Source of the DNA: Octopus bimaculoides | Lineage: Eukaryota | DNA: 64,000 bases | Reading direction: 5' to 3' | Assembly: GCF_001194135.2 (NCBI RefSeq) | Contig: NC_068994.1 | Coordinates: 9,309,045 to 9,373,044 of the forward strand | Part shown: positions 13,303 to 23,874 of the stretch, in pieces | Layout of the letters: every line of letters begins with the position of its first letter | Numbering within the stretch: position 1 is the first letter of the stretch | The notes under the pieces: model-generated | The model's database searches: none | What the model saw: the letters and a program-made list of their open reading frames with translations, nothing else | What the model was told of the DNA's origin: nothing | Translations under genes and position numbers: made by a program

Positions 13303-13552
13303 GCAAAAATCGTGTTAACTGGAACGACTCATGTACTGAGAAGAGCATTATCGCTGTGAAAACAACATCCATTCATGAATTTTTTATTTATTTATTAATT
13401 TTTTTTAAATACATATTTTACCTGTGAATTTGGGTGTGTAAACTGGGAATGCATACAATGAGTTTCCCTGCCCTAGGTGTACGGAAAACACTCGGCGAGA
13501 AATAGAAGAAAATGTGAAGAAAGAAAAAGAAAAAAACAACATAATAATATTA
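13303..13552 (+). mobile_element. 3' end (ORF terminus plus 3' UTR) of a Dong/R4-like retrotransposon, 5'-truncated
   Basis: AKIVLTGTTHVLRRALSL* (13303-13359) resembles the terminal QK.VL.GTAHILR..LS* of REL-endonuclease R4/Dong ORFs. It is followed by a UTR ending in an A-rich tail and AATAATA, and preceded by an AAT-rich tract (about 13215-13290). Confidence 0.6.
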
Positions 13553-13624
13553 ACAGATGGAGATTTTTGACACAAACCAGCAAGTTTTGGGGGAGTGGCA
13601 AAGTCAATGTTTAGGAATTGTCAT

Positions 13625-14050
13625 CTTCCACGTATTTGTGGTACGATGTTTCTGATGTTCCTTGTAAAAGAGTTGTAACATTCGCCTATACATAAAAAAT
13701 TCAAATGCATTATGTTCTCTTGTTGAAGGTCAATTCGTCGCAGACAATAATGTCTATTTCGTAAAACCAGCGCTCGCCAGTAGCTTTGGTCTTCGCTTAC
13801 TTCGGACACTTTTATTGGTTCCAAAATACTTGTACTATTCAACGTGTTTGATCCTCTCACTTCCACGTTTGAATTTAACATTTACTTTCTCTTTTCCTAC
13901 AACTATGGCATTTGTTTCCTTATGGTTGAGATGAAGAGGATACGTATTTCAAACCTACTTGATTCCTTTTTTTGTTTTCCTCCAGAGCTAGCAACTACGT
14001 CTCCCACCGCCTTTCATATAAGAACTAGACATTGGCTAATGCACTTCTAG
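13625..14050 (-). mobile_element. RTE-like LINE reverse-transcriptase C-terminal fragment
   Basis: Minus strand: NHKETNAIVVGKEKVNVKFKRGSERIKHVE*YKYFGT (compare N.KKTK.M.....I..VE.YKYLG) and NAFEFFMYRRMLQLFYKEH (compare EAFEMW.YRRML.ISW.EH). Many stops and frameshifts. Confidence 0.65.
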
Positions 14051-15362
14051 ACGTAAAAACAAAATTACTGTTGCATATTCAAGGTCTTTTGATCGTAGTT
14101 CTATTTGATACATGGCAACCTAAACTCTAACTCCGCTGCAATTGTAACATAGACATGAAATCAATAAACACTGTCGCAATTACTCTGGCGTTCTATTCCT
14201 TTTGGCAACTGGCCCGGCATTTTTTATTGATATTAACGTAGTACTAAATTAAATAATAAAGTACGACTGTAAAAGATTTAAAAAATTGCCATTTTCAATA
14301 TAATTGATCAATAAACTGTAAGAAGCCCATATTTCATATAATTTTTTTTAATAGTATTTTAGTGTTTTCGACAATTTTCTCCAATTCTTTTTCTTTCCCT
14401 CATCTGTCTCCTAAAAGTAGCTTTTGGACATGTGTTTGTATTGATTTCATTTCAGTACGTACATGTCTATTTTTTCGCTAAATTTATATACATCGAATAG
14501 TCAACCGCAATACATTACTGCTGCATACTTAAGGACTGGAATTGATTGAACGCATTATGGATGCTCTCAGATATGGCATTTACTGAAAGTGATTTAAACG
14601 CGAAATATCCCAACAATTTAGAGACAATATACTGTAATAATAAATGACTGAACCACTCAACAAAGCTTCTCAACACGGTGATTTGCTATCTGCCATGATA
14701 ACTCTCTGCAAAATAAATCTATAAAAGCGATTATAAACAATACATCTATTTTACAGTATTTGATTTTAACTATGAATCTCTGCTTTCACATCATGCATTT
14801 TGTCGATTTTCTTACCGTTTGACGTTGAGGAATAAAATCCCTACCAAGCAGTATATACCAGGTAGTATTTCGATTCATATTATATGTAGACCTTTTCCAT
14901 ACATCTGCAATCTACGCTAATGCAAGAAATCAATATTACTTGTTCGTATTGTGTTAACACCTTGTCTATAAATTGATTAGCAAAGCACCACGATTCGTTC
15001 ACTTTTTCTTTTTACTGAATAACATGATTTTCAAATTAGTACCTTGAGAAGCCAACGTTATTAGCACATTCCGTTTCGTTAAAGAGAAATGCAACACTCA
15101 CCTGCAGCAAAACACATAACTACCAAAACGTGAACCGCAAAGCAATAAATACAACACCTGGTTTAAACATTCCAGCCAAATTATCAACCTTATAATTCAC
15201 GCCACAATTTCTCATTGAAGAAAGATCGCAATCAAAGCCTCGACACAAGATTTGTATTTTAATTTTCGTTGGCGAGAGTGATTTATATGTCATTGCATTT
15301 GTGGAAACCTGTATATGAATGTGTGTGTAACTACGTGTGTGTGTGTGTGTGTGTGTGTAACT

Positions 15363-15405
<43 letters not shown>

Positions 15406-15689
15406 CTTTGCACATGTGTATATGTATACGCGTTTACCTCGAGCAGATTGTTAATCTTCCAACTAGGTTTAGCTATACCTGTCAATTTAAGCAAGTCTTA
15501 TAATTGAATGTGAACAGGAAAGATATTCTGTTTAAAACAGTCACCATTAAATTTGAAATGCACGTGATGAAGTGGTTCGTATTAAGTTTTCTATGGTTTC
15601 ATAATAATGTGTAATTTGCATATGATTTTTATTATTGTTTTCTCTTTTACTCAACCAAAACAAAAAAACAAAACAATCACTGCGACAGG

Positions 15690-15703
15690 TGCTGGTACTA
15701 CTG

Positions 15704-15762
<59 letters not shown>

Positions 15763-16080
15763 GCTGCTGCTGATGTTGCTGCTGCTATTACTACTACTAC
15801 CGTCGTCGTCGTCGTATCGTAGTAGTAGTGGTAGTAGTACAGTAGCTACAACTACTAATTGTGCTGCAACTGTAACAACCGCAATAAGACAATAATTAAA
15901 CGAAGAAGAAGAGGTGCAGGAGGAGAAGGGGAAGAAGAAGAGGAGAGGTGCAGGAGGAGAAGGAGAAGAAGAAGAAGAGGTGTAGGAGGAGAAGGAGAAG
16001 AAGAGGAAGAGGTGCAGGAGGAGAAGGTGAAGAAGAAGAGGCAGAAGGTGAAGAAGAAATGGAAGAAGAAGAAGATATCT
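15690..16080. repeat. (ACT)n/(GCT)n followed by (GAA/GGA)n low-complexity tract
   Basis: Pure CTA array at about 15700-15760 and a purine-only triplet region at about 15900-16075. Confidence 0.9.
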
Positions 16081-16691
16081 AGAGATATTCACTCATTGGT
16101 GGCTATCTCTAGATCATGTTTCTATATAACACAACTTATTCTGGAATAAACGATAGAAAACATGTCGGGTAAAATATTACACAAATGCGACTATGAAACG
16201 CTAATCAGCTGGTATTGAATGTGAAGCAATTTGCCCGAGTTAAACATTACACAAAATGACACAGACCATATGACTCAATTACGTATAGGTAATCTGCAAC
16301 GGTGTACAAAGTAGAAAACTTTGAAAGACAACATACAAACTAGCTGTTCAGTGTCCATAGATTAGCAGGTAATGTCTACCATTAGTTTTAAACAAGTTCT
16401 ACGATTTTATGAAGCATATCGACATCAAACATGTCTATTATCAGTGGGAATCTAGATAAATCTTTAGATAGATCTAATCAGCTTTGGTGATGTTAAACCT
16501 ACGCAAGCTCTTTTATTTCGAGTGTTTATATACAAATCAATACAACTGAAAATCTGAGAATGTAATTTCACCACGATTTTATACAGACGAAGGCTACTAA
16601 AATATTGTAATTGTCTATTAAATCGATCATAGGCATACACACACACACGCACATGCAAGTTTAGACATACCAGTATATACATATATTTATA

Positions 16692-16723
<32 letters not shown>

Positions 16724-16849
16724 CATCTTTATTTCTCTAAATACCTTCGCACCGTTCTCGCTCTCTTTCTCTTTCACACACACTATGCACATACGTTATA
16801 TGTATATATATGTGATGTGTGTGTATGTGTGTGTGTGTTTGGGTGTTAC

Positions 16850-17062
16850 CACTTCCACTACTAAAATTACTAGTACTAATAATGCAAAAATAATAATAAT
16901 AATCATAATACTAATAATGGTAATACTACTATTGGTAATAATAATAATTATTATAACAATCATACTATTACTACTACTAATACTACTACTACTAATAATA
17001 ATAATAATAATAATAATACTAAGAAGAAGAACAGCAGCAACAGCAACAACAACAATAATTAT
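16850..17062. repeat. Compound (AAT)/(ACT) microsatellite
   Basis: Direct inspection. Confidence 0.9.
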
Positions 17063-17258
17063 ACACGTGTTCGTAAATACATGAAAGTAACACACATTAC
17101 TAGAACAAAGTACTTATTGCAGGGTTTACAAGCAAATATTTACTGTAAGGAAGTAGGAATTTTCTGAGAAATTACATCAAAGAATGGCTTTACGAACTGG
17201 CTTTCATCTTCAAAGGCTAGCTTTTGGCGAAATCTCGGAGAAACTATCAACCTCCCCA

Positions 17259-17305
<47 letters not shown>

Positions 17306-17902
17306 NNNNNNNNNNNNNNNNNNNNNNNNNNNNNNNNNNNNNNNNNNNNNNNNNNNNNNNNNNNNNNNNNNNNNNNNNNNNNNNNNNNNNNNNNNNNNNN
17401 NNNNNNNNNNNNNNNNNNNNNNNNNNNNNNNNNNNNNNNNNNNNNNNNNNNNNNNNNNNNNNNNNNNNNNNNNNNNNNNNNNNNNNNNNNNNNNNNNNNN
17501 NNNNNNNNNNNNNNNNNNNNNNNNNNNNNNNNNNNNNNNNNNNNNNNNNNNNNNNNNNNNNNNNNNNNNNNNNNNNNNNNNNNNNNNNNNNNNNNNNNNN
17601 NNNNNNNNNNNNNNNNNNNNNNNNNNNNNNNNNNNNNNNNNNNNNNNNNNNNNNNNNNNNNNNNNNNNNNNNNNNNNNNNNNNNNNNNNNNNNNNNNNNN
17701 NNNNNNNNNNNNNNNNNNNNNNNNNNNNNNNNNNNNNNNNNNNNNNNNNNNNNNNNNNNNNNNNNNNNNNNNNNNNNNNNNNNNNNNNNNNNNNNNNNNN
17801 NNNNNNNNNNNNNNNNNNNNNNNNNNNNNNNNNNNNNNNNNNNNNNNNNNNNNNNNNNNNNNNNNNNNNNNNNNNNNNNNNNNNNNNNNNNNNNNNNNNN
17901 NN

Positions 17903-18060
17903 GTGTATAAACAACAAACAGATGCATTAGTTTAACGCTCGGCAAGAGAGAAAGTCTTTTACGTTTCGAGCCTACGCTCTTCAACAGAAAGGAACACAGA
18001 AATAAACAGGGAGAGAAAATAGAAAAAAAGGTATAGTGGCTAGCGATCTATTATGGCGAA
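17903..18060 (-). mobile_element. Penelope-like element terminal (pseudo-LTR) remnant carrying a hammerhead motif
   Basis: Minus strand contains CTTT-CTGTTGA-A-GAGC(GTAG)GCTC-GAAACGTA-AAAG, the CTGANGAAG...CGAAACGT signature of PLE termini. Truncated by the gap on the left. Confidence 0.6.
17954..17995 (-). ncRNA. Minimal type I hammerhead ribozyme-like motif (variant core)
   Basis: Stem I CUUU/AAAG. Core CUGUUGA (A6 to U relative to CUGANGA) plus an extra A. Stem II GAGC/GCUC with GUAG loop. GAAA, a palindromic ACGU stem III and a GUA cleavage triplet. Confidence 0.55.
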
Positions 18061-19380
18061 CTATCACGGCGAATATATATACATATAATCTATGTTTCTA
18101 TAAACTATTGGGGGAACAGGCAGTGTCAATTTCTAATAGTTTTCCCGCTCAATTGCGCCACTCTTTCTGAGATGTCTATTTTGGAACCGCAGAAAATTGA
18201 GAAAGGTACTGAAGGATATAAATTGATAACACCACAACGATCGGAGATTAAATAGGGCAGTTTCTATTTTCGAGTCGAAGAATCTAATTTAAAATATAGG
18301 ACATTTAGCTGAAAAACCAAGAAAACTGCAGCTACAGATATGTTGCCGAAATTTATAGCGTTTGTATAGAGAGAGCACTAACAATAAAGATTTGTTTAAC
18401 CGTTGTAATAACAAGAATGCCGTCTATATATGCCTTCTCACCTTATTGCTTCTAAATTTACTTGAAATTTTTAGGTCGTTTTTCAAAACAAGCAAGATTT
18501 AAAATTAGCTATATTAGTGGAAGAATTTGTCTGTACGTTACAGAAGTAGAATCATCTGATATACTAATTATTTTTCAAGCTTTCCGCTATGCACATAGAC
18601 TGTTCTTATGTTGCCAACTAACTGATCGTAGAGTATAAGATTTTCATACCTCTTGTTAGATAGAACTGAAAATTACATATAATGATTTAGATAATATATG
18701 ATTTACAAAGCCACCTGGAGATCATAACGTAGACGTAGCATTCTATNNNNNNNNNNNNNNNNNNNNNNNNNNNNNNNNNNNNNNNNNNNNNNNNNNNNNN
18801 NNNNNNNNNNNNNNNNNNNNNNNNNNNNNNNNNNNNNNNNNNNNNNNNNNNNNNNNNNNNNNNNNNNNNNNNNNNNNNNNNNNNNNNNNNNNNNNNNNNN
18901 NNNNNNNNNNNNNNNNNNNNNNNNNNNNNNNNNNNNNNNNNNNNNNNNNNNNNNNNNNNNNNNNNNNNNNNNNNNNNNNNNNNNNNNNNNNNNNNNNNNN
19001 NNNNNNNNNNNNNNNNNNNNNNNNNNNNNNNNNNNNNNNNNNNNNNNNNNNNNNNNNNNNNNNNNNNNNNNNNNNNNNNNNNNNNNNNNNNNNNNNNNNN
19101 NNNNNNNNNNNNNNNNNNNNNNNNNNNNNNNNNNNNNNNNNNNNNNNNNNNNNNNNNNNNNNNNNNNNNNNNNNNNNNNNNNNNNNNNNNNNNNNNNNNN
19201 NNNNNNNNNNNNNNNNNNNNNNNNNNNNNNNNNNNNNNNNNNNNNNNNNNNNNNNNNNNNNNNNNNNNNNNNNNNNNNNNNNNNNNNNNNNNNNNNNNNN
19301 NNNNNNNNNNNNNNNNNNNNNNNNNNNNNNNNNNNNNNNNNNNNNNNNNNNNNNNNNNNNNNNNNNNNNNNNNNNNNNNN

Positions 19381-19677
19381 GGATAAAAAGGAAAGTTGAC
19401 TTCGGCGGAATATGAGCTCAGGACGTTAAGACAGGCGAAATACCTATTTCTTTACTGCCCACAAGGGGCTACACAGAGAGGGGACAAACAAGGACAGACA
19501 AACGAATTAAGTCGATTATATCGACCCCAGTGCGTAACTGGTACTTAATTTATCGACCCCGAAAGGATGAAAGGCAAAGTCGACCTCGGCGGAATTTGAA
19601 CTCAGAACGCAGTGGCAGACGGAATACCGCTAAGCATTTCGCCCGGCGTGCTAACGTTTCTGCTAGCTCGCCGCCGT
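19381..19677 (-). mobile_element. Family A SINE, head-to-tail multimer
   Basis: Intact head at about 19600-19677. AAAGTYGACYTCGGCGGAAT occurs at 19392 and 19576 (period 184 bp). Runs into the gap 18747-19380. Confidence 0.85.
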
Positions 19678-20813
19678 ATTAGTTAATAATAATAAATTTG
19701 TTCAGGTACATAGGTATTAAAAATAAATATGATTTCAAACTTATTAATGTCTTATGTGTGTGTGTGTGTTGGGGGCGGTGTTTATTTGTACGGAAATTAT
19801 TGTAATTAATATATTTGATGTTCTGGAGATTCAAAATTGAAGATAACAAAAATGATTCAGGAAGATGTAAGTGGAATTTCATTAAGTAATATATAACAAT
19901 GAAACGAATTATGATTTTATTACTTTTCACTGTTATATAATTTATTTTGTAATTGTATATTAGAATATTTTACACTCGTTTTAGTTTGATTTCTGTTCTC
20001 TCAGATTAGATGCCATATCGCTATCCATTCATAGAGTTCACTGTTTTAAAAAGATCCGTTATTTTGATGCCAACATCATTACGATATATTTCCGAAGTTA
20101 CTTAAATTGTTGATGAAAAATAATTTTAGAATATATTAAATATAGAATTATTATGATTATAGATTAATATAAATATCTTAAATAAAAGAAGTTAATACAA
20201 TAAGAACAAGATTATTTTTTGATTAATACTGAAGGCGTATTCATATAAATATTTATTGCTTTTTAAATACTAAAACTCCTCCAAACTAGCATACATATGT
20301 TTATACCCATAATGCAGCATCTCATGATTTTCATTTTATGATGGCTTTTTGGAAGATCCCTCACCTGTTAATGCCTTTGGTAACTCACAGTTCCATCTAT
20401 AATACGATTTTAAGACCAAACACGATTGAATTCATGGTATCGTTATTTTTCACTCCAGACACTGTTATAGAAGTCATTGGTTTGTATCAAAGTTAATAGA
20501 TCGCGAGGAACAATAAGCTATATTTCACTCTCAAATCCGGTTAACATTTAAAACAAATGGACTCTTGCATTTTGTTTTCCCCAATACATATACGTAAAGT
20601 TAGTACATCCGAAATCTCTACTTTCACCGAACCACGAAGGAGCCTGTTACGGTTAAGTATTTACGAGATAAATTGTCTGATTTCATTTCGTACACACTGA
20701 AAGAGAATGGAGAAATTTCATGTGCGGTGATGGCAATCATTCATACAATCCTCAATAAATCAAAAATAATTCATGATGATAAAACGCCAGACAATAAATA
20801 ATCAACACACGCG

Positions 20814-20876
<63 letters not shown>

Positions 20877-20992
20877 NNNNNNNNNNNNNNNNNNNNNNNN
20901 NNNNNNNNNNNNNNNNNNNNNNNNNNNNNNNNNNNNNNNNNNNNNNNNNNNNNNNNNNNNNNNNNNNNNNNNNNNNNNNNNNNNNNNNNNNN

Positions 20993-21034
<42 letters not shown>

Positions 21035-21035
<1 letters not shown>

Positions 21036-21260
21036 CTTTCCGACTATAGGCTGAAGGCCTGAAATTTTGGTGTGCGAAACTGGTACTTACATACTCGACT
21101 CCAATATGATGGAAGGAAAAGTCGACTTCGGCTGAATCAACTATGTTAAGGGTACACATCTCTGTGGAGCCCTCAGTCACTTGCACGTTAATTTCACGAG
21201 CAGGTTGTTCCGTTGATCGGATCAATTGGAACACTCACCGTCGTAACCGACGGAGCACCA
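21035..21260 (-). mobile_element. Composite SINE remnant (family A tail/core joined to another repeat)
   Basis: AGGCCTGAAATTTTGG...ACTGGTACTTA...AAAAGTCGACTTCGGC is family A. The distal part GGAACACTCACCGTCGTAACCGACGGAG recurs at about 42795-42825. Confidence 0.6.
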
Positions 21261-21316
21261 CAATATATATACACGAGCGCGCACACACAAATATGTAAAT
21301 ACACACCCGCATACGC

Positions 21317-21360
<44 letters not shown>

Positions 21361-22922
21361 GATCAACATCCGAAATTTTTTGAGGTAGATTATTTCAGTG
21401 GTGTTTGTTGTAGTGTTTATATTTATGGCCGGAAAATCTGTTGTCTGGCACAACACTGTGCATTGCGTATCTCACACACAAGCAGGTCTCCAGTAAAACC
21501 ATGATTCTCTCTTCATTTCACCAGACGCAGAGTCCGTAGAGACTCATTTAATGATCCGTGGGCTACCAGAAACAAACTCACGTGTACTGTGAAGACATTT
21601 GTATTAAACTCTACTGGATATAGCATTCAAATTTTGGACCTAATCGTTCATAAAATACCGTAACTCAATTTTTAGCATGAAGTATTACACATATGATATG
21701 AATTAATATTGTAGTTTTTCATGCTGATATATNNNNNNNNNNNNNNNNNNNNNNNNNNNNNNNNNNNNNNNNNNNNNNNNNNNNNNNNNNNNNNNNNNNN
21801 NNNNNNNNNNNNNNNNNNNNNNNNNNNNNNNNNNNNNNNNNNNNNNNNNNNNNNNNNNNNNNNNNNNNNNNNNNNNNNNNNNNNNNNNNNNNNNNNNNNN
21901 NNNNNNNNNNNNNNNNNNNNNNNNNNNNNNNNNNNNNNNNNNNNNNNNNNNNNNNNNNNNNNNNNNNNNNNNNNNNNNNNNNNNNNNNNNNNNNNNNNNN
22001 NNNNNNNNNNNNNNNNNNNNNNNNNNNNNNNNNNNNNNNNNNNNNNNNNNNNNNNNNNNNNNNNNNNNNNNNNNNNNNNNNNNNNNNNNNNNNNNNNNNN
22101 NNNNNNNNNNNNNNNNNNNNNNNNNNNNNNNNNNNNNNNNNNNNNNNNNNNNNNNNNNNNNNNNNNNNNNNNNNNNNNNNNNNNNNNNNNNNNNNNNNNN
22201 NNNNNNNNNNNNNNNNNNNNNNNNNNNNNNNNNNNNNNNNNNNNNNNNNNNNNNNNNNNNNNNNNNNNNNNNNNNNNNNNNNNNNNNNNNNNNNNNNNNN
22301 NNNNNNNNNNNNNNNNNNNNNNNNNNNNNNNNNNNNNNNNNNNNNNNNNNNNNNNNNNNNNNNNNNNNNNNNNNNNNNNNNNNNNNNNNNNNNNNNNNNN
22401 NNNNNNNNNNNNNNNNNNNNNNNNNNNNNNNNNNNNNNNNNNNNNNNNNNNNNNNNNNNNNNNNNNNNNNNNNNNNNNNNNNNNNNNNNNNNNNNNNNNN
22501 NNNNNNNNNNNNNNNNNNNNNNNNNNNNNNNNNNNNNNNNNNNNNNNNNNNNNNNNNNNNNNNNNNNNNNNNNNNNNNNNNNNNNNNNNNNNNNNNNNNN
22601 NNNNNNNNNNNNNNNNNNNNNNNNNNNNNNNNNNNNNNNNNNNNNNNNNNNNNNNNNNNNNNNATATATATATATATATATATACATGTGTGTGTATGTA
22701 TATGTGTGTGACAGAGAACTTATGCACATACATTATACTTCTTCAAATGTGTTTCAAGCATCTCAATAATGTATACATTATCCACATCACGCATGTAATA
22801 TCTACGTGTTATTAAACGCTACAATGCAGCGGTATTTCGTCTATTGATTTTTATACATGCACACACATATACACATACACATATGAATATGTACATAGAT
22901 ACATACATACACACATTTATAG

Positions 22923-22953
<31 letters not shown>

Positions 22954-23812
22954 CACATATATANNNNNNNNNNNNNNNNNNNNNNNNNNNATGTATATGC
23001 ACATAAGCATATATCAGTTATATAGCACATAAAATTCCTATGTAGTTATGTTTATATGATTTGGTCTTCAATAGACTGCGTTGCTGCAAAACCCACTGCT
23101 ATGAAATGCCTGATTTTAATGAGGACATAATTTCCAAGGAATAAATATATGAGTGTATGTTCGAAATTGTCGGACTGCCAGCGATGGTATGCATCGTTAT
23201 CTAACTCCAGATGAATACTCAATGAACAGATTTTTACCTGTTCATTGGCTACGACGATAAATACATTATTTGCTGTGGGCAAGAAAGAAAACCTTATCTC
23301 ATCCGAGTCGAGGGCAGTTTGCTTACTTCGTGTAGCACATTAAGCTAATATCTCGGAAGTCTCTAGCAGTAGAAAGTGAATATTTCTGACAAGAGTGATC
23401 ATAACAATGGCTGGTCTGTGAAACACGCTGATACGTAAACCTTTAGTAGTGAAAGACTACGTTTTAAATTCAAAGTGGATTAAATAATTCTATATAAATA
23501 TATTCGAATTATAAAATAAAGGCATTTCTATTCTAAGAAGAGCATTATAAATACGACACATTTAATGAATGCGGTTTTTAAACGAACAAGTATATTGTTA
23601 ACAAATACAATATACTTCAGAGCTAGGGGCAAAACGATCACCACAGAAGGGATACCAGAGTGCTGCATGTTCGTGTACTGTGACACAAAAAGGTGATCCG
23701 CTAGCTCGCAGTATTTATAGATAGAATATTAACTTTTTTCTGGGCTTGCAATAGTATCGCATACGCAGAATAACCTCAAATTATGTATTAAAAGCAGCTC
23801 TGTCTTCATCGA

Positions 23813-23874
23813 AAGTTAGTGAGCGCCAGAATCGGTAATATTGTTATATTACCGATTCTGCCGCTCACTAACTT
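23813..23874. other. 29-bp inverted repeat with a 4-nt loop and one mismatch
   Basis: Arms 23813-23841 and 23846-23874 checked base by base. The only mismatch is 23826/23861. Confidence 0.95.

Noticed and set aside
15547-16149. Poly-S, poly-T, poly-L and poly-E/R ORFs
   Set aside because: Translations of triplet microsatellites, with no splice or domain evidence.
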